The notes: generated by a model not told the origin, from the sequence alone. Shown: positions 1-14,000, numbered from the stretch's first letter. The stretch: DNA of 64,000 nt from Antedon mediterranea (GCF_964355755.1 NC_092674.1:10850001-10914000); one strand, 5' to 3'. Made by a program: numbers and translations.

Positions 1-243
1 ATAATAATAATGATAATTATTAATAATTCGAATGTGAATTGGGAGATTGTTCCAAATGGCAGGAACGGCATATTAAAAGTGATATTTATAAGAGCCTTGC
101 AACGGGCAAGAGGGATACAGAAAGTAAGCCTACAATGGTCAGCATGGTAAAATAAATTACAGTAGAGTTTACAAAATCAATTTAAACATCAAATTAATAA
201 GTCATTGTTCGATTCGTGAGAATTATAAAATATGCTTTTAGTA

Positions 244-1131
244 AACTATCTGATTGAGACAATACGCTTATATTATAATTTATAGGTTAACATTGAATGC
301 CGAAATAAATTAGGTTATTACAAAACAATTGTGTCAGTGTCTAATGCATTCTATTATACGAATGAATGCCTTTAATGTAAAAGAGATAGTATTTTTATTT
401 TATAGGCTTATCTGTTAAAAACAATATTCGCTAGTAATTACTCTTATAAAATATTGTTGGTTCTGAAAAAAAAAATTAAAACGTTTTGTTCTTTCAACTG
501 TTATAATTGTAAATAAGAAGAACAAAATGTTATTCAATTGCTGGTCAAAATTAACTCTCAGAAAAGACCGGCCTAGGTGGACAAATGTTGAGTGGCAAAA
601 GACAAGGTGGCTGGAGGCCGGTTGGCGAAAGAGAAAAGGGTGGCTATAGACCGGGTGGTAAAAGACTAGGTGGCAACGTCTGTCAACATCTGTGTATCAG
701 ATACCAATGCCTTCGTCATATTTGTAATAACAATCGGTATCAATTAGTGTTATCAACGAAATTATCAGTTGTATCATACCGTATTGTACTAAATTAATTA
801 TTGATCCAGGTGGTGTCGTTTTTAACCAACACGTTGTGAAATTCATATATTAATGTAAATTTGGAGTAGATAAGGTCTATCTTAATGACGTATGTGAAGT
901 ATATTACATTTTCCTGTCGCGTGTCAACTATCTGATTGAGACAATACGCTTATATTTTAATTTATAGGTTAACATTGAATACCGAAATAAATCAGGCTAT
1001 TACAAAGGAATTGTGTCAGTGTATAATGCATTCTATTATACGAATGAAGGCCTTTAATGTAAAAGAGATATTATTTTTATTTTATAGGCTTATTCTGATA
1101 AAAACAATATTCGCTAGTACTTACTCTTATA
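244..1131. repeat. ~205-bp direct duplication (copies about 244-449 and 926-1131)
   Basis: AACTATCTGATTGAGACAATACGC...CTCTTATAA occurs twice with scattered substitutions, about 680 bp apart. Confidence 0.85.
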
Positions 1132-2935
1132 ACAAATGGAAATTATTAACGCCGATACTAAACCATCCATTTACTAATATATTTTAATGAAAGTGGAAGA
1201 ATTCGTTTTTCTTTTTTTTTTCTTTTTATGACGAAATTGCGTTTGTAAACTTTGTCAGATGAAGGTGAATGTTTCTGTTGTCAGTATATACTCATTATTT
1301 TTTATATGCATTTATATTTTTACCTTCTTTTGAATTATGCAATACTGTGAGTCCTTTTCTGGTGAGATTGTTTTTTTTTTCTTTGATTTGTATGTTTTGT
1401 ATATGGATATACTATCCGAATTTAAGTAAATGAATGAATGAATGAATTAACAAACAAAAACATTGATGATATTGAACATGTGATTGTTAAAACATTTTTT
1501 ACAGCTCACTATGTCGGTCGGTTGGTGGGAGGGTGGGTCGGTCGGTCGATTGGTCGGTCGGTCGGTAAACAATAACTTGAGCACGCGACTGCAGCCATGT
1601 ATATGGCCTTGTTCTTATTGGTTTAACAATTCATTCAAATGTTGGTAACATTTATCTGATTATAATAACAATTTCAGTGTGTGAAAATACTAGTATAAGT
1701 TAAGTTTAACTATCAAGATCCTTGATACGCATTGCAAGTAAAAAATAAGATCAAAGAACCATTGCTTTGCCGGTAAATTAGTTGCGACGCAAACATGTTG
1801 TTTGATCTTGGAGGTAAAATCATTGATTTCAGTACCTTTTATTCGAGCAAGTTCATACAACTATAACTACAGCAGAAACGTAGATTTGGAAAGTAATCTA
1901 GATTTGTCTTAAAATACAAATTTATAAAAGGGAATTCAATAACTGAAATCGTTACATACGCAGCATTTATAAGGTGTCTGTAGTAGTAGAGTGTTAAAAG
2001 ACAGACAAACAGAAATTTAGACTACTAAAAATAACATAGATTCAGAATTTAAAAAGCTATTATGATATTGTTGCTCTTCACTTTTTATTTTTTATTTATT
2101 GTACTTTTTTATATTATCTTTTTAACATTTTATATGTGATTTTTTATTATATCTTTCACATTTCCAAATGTCCTTCTTATGATCCTTGTTCACTTTCACA
2201 TCTCCGATTTCTCTTGCAATTGACCCCATTGGAAATAAATTGACTTGTCGATTTTATGGGTTGTCCTTGCATTCACTTTGATTTGATTCAATTTTAATAG
2301 TCAAATTTTGTCTTTGTTATGTATTTTAAATGTATTGTTGAATGGATGCTAAATGAAAAAAAAATGAAAATCCAACGAAACAAAACAAAGATGTGATTTG
2401 ATAACAGTTTATTTTACCTTTTTTCACGGACTAAAAATTATTTTGATTTTAAATAACTCGGAAACTTGACATTGAAGTGTAAGTGTAATCCAGTACCGTA
2501 CTTATTCAGTATTAAGATAATATAACATATAAATGGACAATGACAAAGTAGAAAGAAAATCAAACAAACATTAATAAACTGTATTCAAAATTTAAAAAAT
2601 CTACCCAACGATACCAAACAGTACAGTATTTGGTGAATTTGCATGTTGAACTTTTGACCTTTGTTGGTCACGTGATTTGTTTTATTGCGCAATTACTATG
2701 TAACTATGCATTTATTGATACGAGTGTAATGGAATAATCCCTTTCCAATGATACCATGTATGACCAACTTTAGTGTGGAACGTCGGCCATTTTGAAATAC
2801 AAAATGGTGGCTGAAGAAGTGGTAAAAAAATGGCACCTAACTTTTTTGGATTCAGCATCTCAAGAATAACAAAATTAGTTAAAAAAATCTATTTTGGCAC
2901 AAATATCGAGCTGGAAGACATAATAACACGTACTA

Positions 2936-3130
2936 ATGTCAGCAAAACAAATTACGTTGAAAGCTCCAGTTGACAAAAATCAGTTTGAAATAAAAATGAA
3001 TAATGTATTATTACAGAGGAAAGAAAATGTGACATTTTTAGATGTAATTTTAAATGAAAATCTTTGCTGGAAACATCACATACAGCTTATTAGCAAAAAG
3101 GTGTCTATGGCAACTGGAATACTCCTTAAC
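2936..3130 (+). mobile_element. Short relic of a CR1/L2-type LINE reverse transcriptase C-terminal region
   Basis: The ORF reads IKMNNVLLQRKENVTFLDVILNENLCWKHHIQLISKKVSMATGIL, matching the 'kyLGv.id.nL.W..Hi..i.kK' block of non-LTR RTs. Confidence 0.75.
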
Positions 3131-3391
3131 CTTCTGCTTGATATGCAGATGTCCTAACCATTAGACCACTGACTGGAGCTTTCATGGTATTGTTCATTGT
3201 TGTTTATTGTCCTCATCTTTATCGTTTCAAATTAATTAATTAAATTTCACCGGGCGGTTTAGAATTAATGTTCTATGGCTGATGTGTTTAAAAGTATCTC
3301 TTTGTAGATCACGTGTTCGAGTCTCGGTTGGGCGACCTTTTCTCATTCTCACAGATTTCCTCATCTTTATCGTTTCAAATTAATTGATTAA

Positions 3392-3895
3392 AGATGTATT
3401 GTCCCTTTGACTAATTCGAAAACAAGTGGGTCATTTTGAAGTATCATAATAGTTATTAACTTTCACCAAATATTAGTCGGAAAAAAATAACAGACGTTTT
3501 TTTTGTTCAAAATATAACTTTGACTTCCAGTCAAAGTTTTCGATCAAAACATATCTCATAATGCAACGCGCTTATTTGGCTACTCTGTAGGCCTATGCAT
3601 AATCGTAAAACTTCCTCGCGATCTGTGTGAGAACACCTTCTCAACCATGACGAGTTGTAAACAATCCTAATTAGCATCATGCATAATGCATACTCGTGGT
3701 TTGAAATCTTTGTTTACTTTCGCTCGCGACGATTTTCCAGACGAAATGTTATCAAATTAACTTACCTGTTAATTACGTAAACTTCTTGTTTTTGGCTCGA
3801 ATTTTCGACTTAAAGTGAATAACTTTAATATTACTTTGATATGGCCAATTTAAATTTAGAACTTCATTTTTTGTGTTTCAAGGGACAATACATCT
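3392..3895. mobile_element. Non-autonomous DNA transposon, Kolobok-like (TTAA target)
   Basis: TIRs AGATGTATTGTCCC...GGGACAATACATCT, with TTAA on the left and an imperfect TTAA on the right. Related ends or internal pieces occur near 34435-34740, 55860-56120, 62465-62485 and 63070-63300. Confidence 0.65.
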
Positions 3896-4136
3896 TAAAA
3901 TTTCAGTATATCACTGGGCGGTTTAGAATTTATATCTATGCCTGTTGTGTTTATATATATATAAATGTATCTCTTCGGAGATCCCACCTCGTGAATAAAT
4001 ATACTGAATAGATGAGGGCATTTCAATTTGATCTGGTGCGCGTGCGTACAACTGAGGACTAGTTGTGTTCCAACCGTACCACGCCGAGAATGTTAAAGGG
4101 TCGTTATCCAGTTGAGTAAAGAACAATACAATGAAA

Positions 4137-4208
4137 GCCCCAGTGGTCTAATGGCTAGGGCAACTGCATATCAAGCAGACGGTCCAAGTTTGAGTCTCGG
4201 TTGGGGAG
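4137..4208 (+). pseudogene. tRNA-derived sequence (pseudo-tRNA or SINE head)
   Basis: Box A-like TGGTCTAATGG, anticodon-like stem CTGC-ATATCAA-GCAG, degenerate box B GTTTGAGTC, and CCCCA/TGGGG acceptor-like ends. A partial inverted copy lies at about 3130-3195. Confidence 0.5.
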
Positions 4209-4400
4209 ACTTTTTCTCATTCCTACAGATTTCCTCATCTTTATAATAGCGGACACATTTTTGTGTTTGCCTTTTATATATATTTTGTATTTTCGATACG
4301 ATATTATAATGTCTGTATACCGTAAGAAGTAAATTATTTTGAACGTAATACTCTCAATAATGAACATTAATACTTTTTATTTAGGTTACATGTTAAAACC

Positions 4401-6747
4401 ATGAGCGAATCCTATAAACAACGACAACAAGGAAATGATATTTACAAATCCATTACTCCTGGACTCAGTCCAGTGCTTCAAAAAAGTCGTCTAGAAGAAG
4501 CTATGAAGTTGTACATCAACGCGTTAGAATGCAGCTCAAGCTCAAAGGAACTAGCCTCGGCCAACAAGAACCTTGCAATGGTGTCGTGGAAGCTAGCATC
4601 GTTGGGGAAAGAAACCAGGACGCAGACACTCTTCTTTTACAAAGAAGCAGTTCAATATTTTAGTCAAGCATTCCATTTCGGCAAATACGCAGATAATGAT
4701 GATAATTGGGCCGATGACTTAGTGAAGAAAATGAATCAAAGCTTACAAGATTCGCTCGATTTTGTTAAAAATCAAAGTAATATGTCTGATGAGAAATTTG
4801 AATTAATGTCCATGGCATGTCGTCTTTTTCCAGATGGAAAATTCAAAGCCATAGTTGCTGTTTCTTATGTAGAACAGCTTCTATGTAAAGCGATTAATCT
4901 GTTTCAGAATGATTCGATTAAAAAATCGATCAGTCTTCTATGTGATTGTCAAGGGCCTTTAGAAATAGCAAGACGTGATGGCCAAAATAATAAAGATATA
5001 AGAACATCAGTTCTTATACTTTCTGCTAAAGTTAAACATCAGCTTACTACTGCTGAGGTAAGTGTAAACGTATCCAATTTGTAACCCTTCTTAAAACCCT
5101 CTTAATACATTCTGATTGACGCCAGTAAAGAAAAGGAACACCACAATAATAACGACCGAACACGTTTATTGTTTGTTTGTTTGTTTTATCTTTATACTGG
5201 GTGACCTCTTCAGTCAAAGACTGATCTCCCAGAGGGCCCAGTTGGTGATCAGTGGCTGTGATGTACTAATACACCGGGGTAACCCCCTACTCGTCTCGAA
5301 AGATGTACTAGGTTCTTTAAAGTGCACACGAGCAAGTTGTGTACACTGGACCTACGGTTTATAGTCCTTATCCGAGAAGACTCGTTCTACCACCAGAACC
5401 ATGGAGTGAGTGAGCCTCGAACCCCTGCCGATGTTATGGCTACGTAATTACGGTTTATTTAGACTATTGTAGAATAAGGTGTTTATTTAGCAGAACCTAT
5501 ACAGTAACATCATAGAGAAATAAGTTCTTCGTGATAACATAACCACAACACCAGCAGTCAGTGAGATCCATAGCCGACCTTTCCCCGACCAGCCAAGACT
5601 GTCATTATTATAATTTTAAGAAATGTCTGTATCTGATGTGCTATTTTGTGTATGTAGGCTAAACAAGCATTCGTAACAGGCGATAGGCTGAAGAGACGTT
5701 TGCCAGCAGAAGAAGAGGCAAACCTTGATATGGTTTTAGAAATCATTGATTGGTACAAGAAATCAATTCTCTTAGCGCGAGAATTAAACAAATCCAAGAT
5801 AGAGGCCATAGCTACTAGCCGGATTGGCGAGATCTACCATAGCTTAAAAATGAAATCCAAAGCTAAGGTATACTTTGAGTGAGTATAGTATTTTTCTTCA
5901 AAAACAAAGAACCATGTTGGTTTTTAGTTTCTCACAACCTTTACAAGTGTAAACCAGAAAAAACGGTAATTTAAATCAAAAAAATACTTTTAGTTAAAAT
6001 TAACCGTTTATTTTGTCTTTTTGAAATAATAATTTTGGTTTTTTTTTCTACAGAAGTGAACAACTTTATTAAAACTGCAAAATGGCCTAGTCAAAATATG
6101 ATTTTATTTATCTTCATTTTTCATGGGTTTTTTTTAAAACCCTTTAATATACCATTTATCGTGCGTTCCAACTAATAACTGATACGAAATAGTAAGGATA
6201 CACTTTTTAAGTTGTCATAATTACGAGCCCACTAATAATGAAATCTGCATTCGCGTTCTAACATTGTTGAGGCTGTGAACATAATTGACCAGCAACTAAT
6301 TTTATCATTTGTAGAGATTCAATTACTCTTGCACACGGCCTCCTTCTCAGTGATTTTAGCACCGACGAGGATTGGTACAAAGTTTGTCAACAGAAGCTGG
6401 TGAGTTACAATGTAAAAACTGACGCCGAAAATACAGAAGAAAGGTTAAAAATACGAGAAGAAATAATGAGGAAACTCCAACCACAGATTAAAAAGTTCAG
6501 CGACTTGAGTGACTATAAATTTTTAAAGTACATTTATAAGAATCATCCACCGAAAAACAAGATGCACAAGTTGCCTGAGAAGTTGAAAGAAGACAAGGGG
6601 CTACAGAAGTCATTACGCAAAGCTGGTATCCATTACCACCCAGATTTCAACTCGGAGAGTGAATATGGAATAGAATGGAGTGTTCTCTGTGAGGAGATCT
6701 CCAAAATTGCTAACAGTAAATACCTCAATTCAAATATGCCTAAATAA
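4401..6747 (+). CDS. TPR-like helical repeat protein with C-terminal J-like (HPD) domain, paralogue 1 (~436 aa)
   Basis: Coding exons 4401-5057, 5658-5878 and 6315-6747; both introns GT-AG with the frame preserved. TPR-like motifs (YKQRQQGNDIY, ASANKNLAMVSWKL, EAIATSRIGEIY) and C-terminal LRKAGIHYHPDFN...LCEEISK. Exon structure matches paralogue 2. Confidence 0.85.
5166..5455 (-). mobile_element. tRNA-derived SINE with Deu/Nin-like central domain, 5'-truncated
   Basis: Near-identical to 42260-42550; lacks box A; (AAAC)n tail; lies in the first coding intron of paralogue 1. Confidence 0.8.
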
Positions 6748-8389
6748 TTGTTTTAAATATCTTCATTCAGATTACAAATTCATTTTTTGTCCTCACAATA
6801 GGAAATTAGATGCAGTAGGAGATTAGATAACAGTACATAAAACATTATGTATTAACAATTATTGGAAGTATATATTATTAGAACTATAATATTAGAACTG
6901 TAAGTACTTATAATAATTATCAAGAAAATATTTTAAAAATTAAATAACTCAGGAATGTGGTAAAAATGAATGTACATATCTTGCCACCCGAACATTCGGC
7001 CATTGTACGATAGATCTCAATGAGTTTAGCTTTTTCGATATCCTTTTAACACAGCATTTTATTAAAGGGTGATTTAAATCGTCACATTTTTTCAGCCTTT
7101 AGTTATTATAATGTATTGCGTAGGTCAACTAGATGTGTTTAATATTGGTTGTAATCTGTATTTCACATCTGCTCTACATCCTGACAACTTAACAAAGCAG
7201 AACAGAATTTAACTTTACTTACCTTATATTACTTAGATTAGAATAGAGACATTAATTGGTATTGCTTATTCGAAATAAAATTCCCTTAATGCGTTTAAGA
7301 ATATGAAAAAATAAGGATAATTAAAATGCATCTTATTTTACTTATTTTAATTAAATGTTCAGACGAGACACGCCTAAATTTACTAACAATAATTTCATTC
7401 GAAAGTTAAAGAGTAAAGTGTACAGTAGTAGGACTAAGTAATTTCTTGTTGCTTTTTCTTTCACTGCCAATGTATAAGCCTATTATTCCACATTCAACAA
7501 TAGATTAAGTCAAATGCCAATGTTAAAACACATTGCCGGCCGCATTTATATTTTTGTTTGCAAAGGTTTATATATAGATTTACTGAAATGTTTTAAAGAG
7601 CTGTTGTTATGTAAAATAATTTAATAATGCCTGCTCAATTCCAATTATGTATGCTCAATAAAATAATGTAGATTCACCCCCTCTAGAAATATTGTGACGT
7701 AACGTGCAGTGACTCATTGTTACGTAAATAATACATTGCTGACTTGGAAAACGCAGATTTGTGTAGAATCAATAATAATCAACAAATTTATGATATATTT
7801 AAAATGCTGCCATACTGGTTTTTCCCAGTTAGCAAAAATAATGAATAATTACCGTTTCTGCATTGGACACACACACTAGTCTGGGTCTGTTTTTGTGCGA
7901 TATCTAAATCCAATCTTCTCTTCTTCAGCAGGTATGTACTTATAATGCTCTATAATGATTGTATTACTTATTTTCCAGAGGTTAAATATTTATGGATTTG
8001 ATATAATGTGTTACGCATTATTATGAATTTTAATTGTTTAGGACTATATACTGTATGTTAATTTCTCACATTTTAATGAAACTGTCTAAGGTTCGTAACC
8101 TGTGGAGCCATGCAGGCCTACTTAATACAGAAAATCGTGCACAAAAAATTCAATCATAAAAGCTCAGTTTTGAAAAGATAAGTAGTAGGCCTATTTTTTT
8201 AACCGTACATGTCTATTATTGTTTATAAATTCTGACAGAAATGAACAACATTCTTTGACAAACATCGTCATTTAATACATTGTGTTACTTAAGTCAACAG
8301 TACAGTATCACAAATGTGTGTCACTTATTGTGATGTGACTTATGTTAAACAAAGCAAAACGTGTCGATAAATATTATTTATTTTGTATT

Positions 8390-8401
8390 GGGGAAAACCC
8401 C
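8390..8401. promoter_or_regulatory. Candidate NF-kB/Rel binding site
   Basis: GGGGAAAACCCC in otherwise very AT-rich DNA about 1 kb before the ATG of paralogue 2 and downstream of a probable 5'UTR exon donor (GCAG|GTATGT at 7931/7932). Confidence 0.3.
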
Positions 8402-9363
8402 GGATTCGTTGCATAATTGAAAATATTCCAAATTCTATTTTTAACTATATTGTACATTTAATAATCTATATTTATCGAGGTATATTATCTATATGTCTAT
8501 ATTTTATCTATACGTTAGTGTAAAGTCTATAACGATTTCTGTTGATAATACATTATGATTATTCAGATTCATTAGGCCTAATCTGAATGATTTAAATCAA
8601 ACATGTTTGTGTTACCCTATTTGGTAGTCGAAATGACGGTTTGAAAAAATTAAATAATGGACGACGACAAAAACATTAGGTGCTTTTAGATTTGGGTGAA
8701 TGTGCACGACGTACGTCCACATTGGTCGTAGCCGTTTAGATTAAGTGGACATTTACGTTGATGTACCAGTAAACGTATGACGTTGTACTCTCTAGTAGCG
8801 CGTTCGTCCTAGTGATAAGACCCAGACCATAACCTGTATTATGAAAAGCTTTTAAACAAATAACCAATACAAATCAGTAATTAGCAGTTTGCAAATATAA
8901 TTTTCCTGAAATTCACTCTATTACATTCTCAGAAAATTATCGCGAGATCATTCTCCGCCATGATTTTGGTAAACGTTTGCAATGTTATGACGTCATATAT
9001 GTCCACTTGAGAGCAAACGCCAAAATGCCACTGAACAAGTTCTCAAAATTGGCAGTCGACGTGTCAGTCGCCTAGCGCATGCGCATATCATAACAATAAT
9101 AGGGTAGCAGTCGACATGAAAGTTGACGTGAAAATCTATAAGTTCCTAAAAATATAATGTCGTCCGAACATACCTTCTATACGAGCATTGTCTGAGGCTA
9201 CATTTTGGCTAGTGGTGTCCATTTTAGGGGAAAATGATACATCTTCATTAGGAGAAATAATGATTGTTTACCTATCTATGCTAGTTGTAAAATCAGTTAA
9301 CTATAATATTCCAATTGAAATTGCTATGTACCTTTTTGTCCATTTAGGTTAAAATCAATCACA

Positions 9364-11079
9364 ATGAGCCAATCAGATAAACTACGACAACAGGGTAATG
9401 TTCATTATAGATCAGTTACTCCTGAACTCAGCCCAGTCCTTCAAAAAAGTCGTCTAGATGAAGCTAGGAAGTGTTACATCAACGCATTAGAATGCAGCTG
9501 TAACGCAAAGGAAAGTGCCTCTGCTAACAAAAACCTTGCAATGGTGTCATGGAAGCTGGCATCGTTGGGGAAAGACCCACGTGGCAAGATACTGTATTTT
9601 TTCAAAGAAGCACAAACATATTTCAGCCGGGCATTACATTGTGGAAAGGATGCAGGTAACGAGCATAGATGGGCCGATGAATTGATGCAGAAAATGTATC
9701 AAAGTCTACAAGAGTCGCTTGATTATGTCAATAATCAGGCTGGAATGTTAGACGAGAAAACGGAATTACTGTCCAAGTCATGTCGCATATTTCCAGCAGG
9801 AGAACTCAAAGCACAGATTTGTGTTGGTTACGTGGAGCAACTTCTGGGTAAGGCAACTAGTCTTCTCCGGAAAGGTACTTTTAAGAGAGCCATGAGTGTC
9901 CTAGGTGATTGTTATCAACCTTTAGAAATAGCAAGACGCTATGGAATAAATGAAGATATAATGGTAGAAATTGATGTCTTTTCTGCAGATGTGACAATAC
10001 AGACAGCCATTGCCGAGGTATGACGTTCTAACTAAATAATTAGACATAATTTTATAGAGAAACACTGCAAGATATAGAGAAATTTCATCTACGAACAATT
10101 ATAACCATGAGGTCATAGTTGAATCAAAAATGGTTGTCATTTTTCGGAGTAACACTTTTCCATTTTCCAATGGATATTTTGGTTTGGTAATTTTCTTTCT
10201 GTTTTATATACAGGCCAAACAAGCACTGAAGATTGGTGATGATCTCAAAGCACAGATCATAATGTTGGAAGAACAATTAAACATGGACATGGTTTTTGAA
10301 GTTATTGATTGGTACAGAAAATCAATTGTCTTAACACGTGAGTTGGACGTTGAGACGGAAGCCATAGCTACGAGTCGGATTGCTGATGTCTATCACAGAA
10401 TTCTAAAACTCAAATCAAAAGCTAGGCCTTTGTTGAAGTTAGTATAATATTTGTGTGTATCATACCCTCATATTCTTCAATAAAATTGCCTGTCACTGTC
10501 GTTTTGCAGAAGCAGATCGGCATTTCAATGACGTCAGCGTACCACAACTGCCCCCACCAGTATTTATTTTGTTAGTAGGCCTATCATTGTAGCCGTGAAT
10601 ATTTTGATAATTTCTCACTATTTTGGTTTTTCTTCAGCAAAGCAGTGACTCTTGCACATACTGTCCATCCTCATAACGTTACTCAAGATGATTGGTACAA
10701 AGCCTGTGCGCAAACTCTGTCTGAATACCAGATAAATACAAAAGACGAAGAAACAGCTGCGTGGATGAAAGAACGAGAGGAAACCGTTGAAAAGCTTAAA
10801 GAGAAGATTAATAAGTTCAAAAATATAGAGGATAATTACGAATGTATGAAGTACATATACGATAACCATCCGCCAAAAATTAAGAAGCACAAGTTGCCTA
10901 AACAGGATCCATCCAAAATGGAACAGAGTCAGATCAAGAAACTTCTGCAGAAAGCTATCGTCCACTACCATCCGGATCGCAACTCTAAAGAGAAGCATGG
11001 CATTGAATGGTATGTTCTCTGTGAAGAGATCTCAAAGGTGTTCACCGATAAGTATAATCGTATGAAAGGTGTTGACTAG
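9364..11079 (+). CDS. TPR-like helical repeat protein with C-terminal J-like (HPD) domain, paralogue 2 (~439 aa)
   Basis: Coding exons 9364-10017, 10214-10437 and 10638-11079 (intron phases 0 and 2, as in paralogue 1). C-terminal QIKKLLQKAIVHYHPDRNSKEKHGIEWYVLCEEISKVF. Confidence 0.88.
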
Positions 11080-14000
11080 ATCCTCCAAGCATGAGATGAG
11101 AGGGAATAGAGACATTTAGTGGACAAAAAAAGAAATCGAATAGATTTACAACAGTTACAGTACTCAGACAAGCACTGTCAATTTATCTTTCAATGCCCAC
11201 ATTGATCTTTAACATACCTAAAATGTTTTTTAATAGTTTTGCTTAATTTTTCACAACAAAAATACCATAATATGATACCAGTATATTATAATACAAATAA
11301 TTCTACGGGTAAGTCAGATAAATCAAAAGACTTAATCACTCAACAACAATGTACACTTACCGTCTTCCAAACGTCTTCTGCATTGTTGGAGGGACGTCAA
11401 ATATACATGTTATACAGCTCTCTCGACTTAAACCCACCTCCTGGTTGTTCTTCTGCGCATCCTGTTGTTTTCTTGCTATTCGTGATTTTCTCCTGTTGCT
11501 CCTCTTGAATGATATATCGCAAAGGCCGCGCGCAGTTGGTCAGTACCCACCAAGTCATGTGCATCGCCATGTATTGGTGTTAAATTTAACTTTAAATAGT
11601 TCATCGTAACAGAGGATAAAATGGAAGTAAAACCAGTAATGTAATTATTTTGAAAATAACTGTAGTAAATAAAATATTATTCCTGTTAATTTAGATTTTA
11701 AAAAATTTGAACAAAAGAGTAAAAAAAAACAATACTGAACTATTTTATTCAGATACATTACTGTAGCATAATATTTTTTTATTTGAATAATATATGTCTG
11801 CATTAATTAAATACCTTCACTATTATCAAAATTAATCATTATTAAACCCAGTCGTTGAATGGTGATTGCTTGGGCATTTTATTTGTATTTCTAAAGTATA
11901 AATATCACACTGCAATGCGCCCTCAATAAAAATACAAAATCTTACTGTATTGTGCGAAAGTTTTCTTAAGTGTTCATTTGTGATCGAGAGGATATTCTAA
12001 TAGTGTGGCCTACATAAAGTAACTTGGAACATGTCAATTACATCGATTACAGTGCTACTTTTAGTGGCGTCTTTCGCTCGCGCATCTTCTCGTGGTTCAA
12101 GTACGCACACAGACTTTGGTATGTGATATTCTTTGTTGATTTGTTACTACCGAATAATATATTTATAGAAATAGAAATTTCTGTCAAGTAGGAGTACCGT
12201 AAACAAAGAAAGAAAGAGATAAGAGGCAAACAAGTGCTAACACCTATGTTAGTTGGTCATTATCTTTCATTCTGGGTTAAGTTGGGTAACGTACCAAGGA
12301 GGTGTGTTTTGAATTATCAACGTCAATTTCCATTCGTAAATAAGTACAGTGATAAGTCATTATACAGTAATAATTCTGACGTGTTTTCATTGTAAAATAC
12401 AGATAAATAAGTTCAATGGAGAACATATAAATCAGAAAAAGAATACAGATAGGCCTATCAAATATAATGTACTGTACTAAATTATCGGTACCTTATTGAT
12501 AACAGCTATATTAATGATATGTTTATTAATGCAAATGTGCAAGTAAAGATAACTTGATGAGAGAGAATAATAATACAAAATGTTTAAATAAACAGTAGAT
12601 GTAAAACACGAAGGACAAACTGCTGTAACTACGTAGAATTCTTTGTGTTTGATTTGAACACATAAATAAGACAGGTTTCCTAATACCGATGCTCGCCTAT
12701 AATACCGGTACTATCTTATTCTTAGGTCGTGAATTTAACGCATGTGTAGTATTTTACGTGAGTCATGTCAACAAACCACTTTAAATATTAGCCTCGTATA
12801 TTGTTATAGCAAGCATACCGCCGGTACATTTGCGGATGTTACATATTTCAACAGCAAAATAAGATGCTTGTCTAGATATAGTTTTAACCATGTTACAGAA
12901 ACTAGACACAATGCTCCCTTACAATACATTGGTTTTAAAGGGTCAGTTATTCGAAATAGGTTTTTTTTTATTCAAAATTAGTTAAAGATTATTCTTTTAA
13001 AAATGATAAAACTCAAGGACAAATATATTTAGATGCTAGTATATAACCAAGGCAATCTAACAACAGGACAATAAGCTCGCCTTTCCACGATAGGAACTTT
13101 TAAGAATTCGTTGATTGTATGTCTGACTGGGACAAATGATATGTACCGTACATATTCTTCGCGCGGCGCTTGGTGTCAAGGAGCGTGGAACGACCAGATC
13201 GTGTCGCAACCACAGATAAACCATTTGACCCTATGTAGCTCAACATCCTGTAGTTAGATTCCTTGATATAACATACAAATAACTACCGTACTAAAGACCG
13301 ATTCCACGTTGTCTTTAAAATGTGTGTTGGCAGTTTTCCATGCACATTATGCGCTATAAAATGAACTTTAATTACATTTTAGCGCTCAAAAATAAAATGC
13401 TAAAAGTACCCTCAACTCAATTGAACAGGCAGTTCTAAATAACTTGATAAATCCTTAATTTCATTTTATCCTTCCATGTGTTATAACGAAAGTGAAGGCC
13501 AAGAAGTTTTTTAAAAAGTTCACGTGATGATGTAAGGGATGTACCGGTAATGACGCTAAATGTCACCGCATTTATTATTGTCGGAAAAATTCATTGTGAT
13601 GACAACCAATATTGAAAGTGTCTGATGGTTGGGCTTTTGAAAGAAGAGGTTGAACTTTTTTTAAATTAATTATAGGTATTTCTAACTTCGTTTAACGTAT
13701 ATTGAGCTTCTTTCCGAGATAGGTCTAAGTTTGTGTTTGATATTTTGTGTTGGGCCTTTTCCAAGACGAGCTGGGCTTCTTCCGAGATGCGGTTGAGTTT
13801 CTATCTAAAATTGGAATGAGAAGTTTTCAAAGTATAATAATGCCAAGGTTACGTCAGTAACGATTGTATTACAACTTGTTTTAATATCAGAATGATGCAT
13901 CAGATTGTATCGACACACAACAGGCATATGTTTGTACATACACACGAAAACAACTCATAAAATTGATGCGCTAAAAAGTTTCTACGGGCATATATTAAAA

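Noticed and set aside
5116-5364. ORF sharing VLIHRGNPLLVSKDVLGSLKCTRASCVHWTYGL with 42272-42460
   Set aside because: The shared peptide is a translation of the SINE sequence, not a conserved protein.
9070-9090. NRF1-like GCGCATGCGC promoter site before paralogue 2
   Set aside because: It lies within a dispersed repeat (related inverted sequence at about 50190-50240), so it is more likely transposon-derived.
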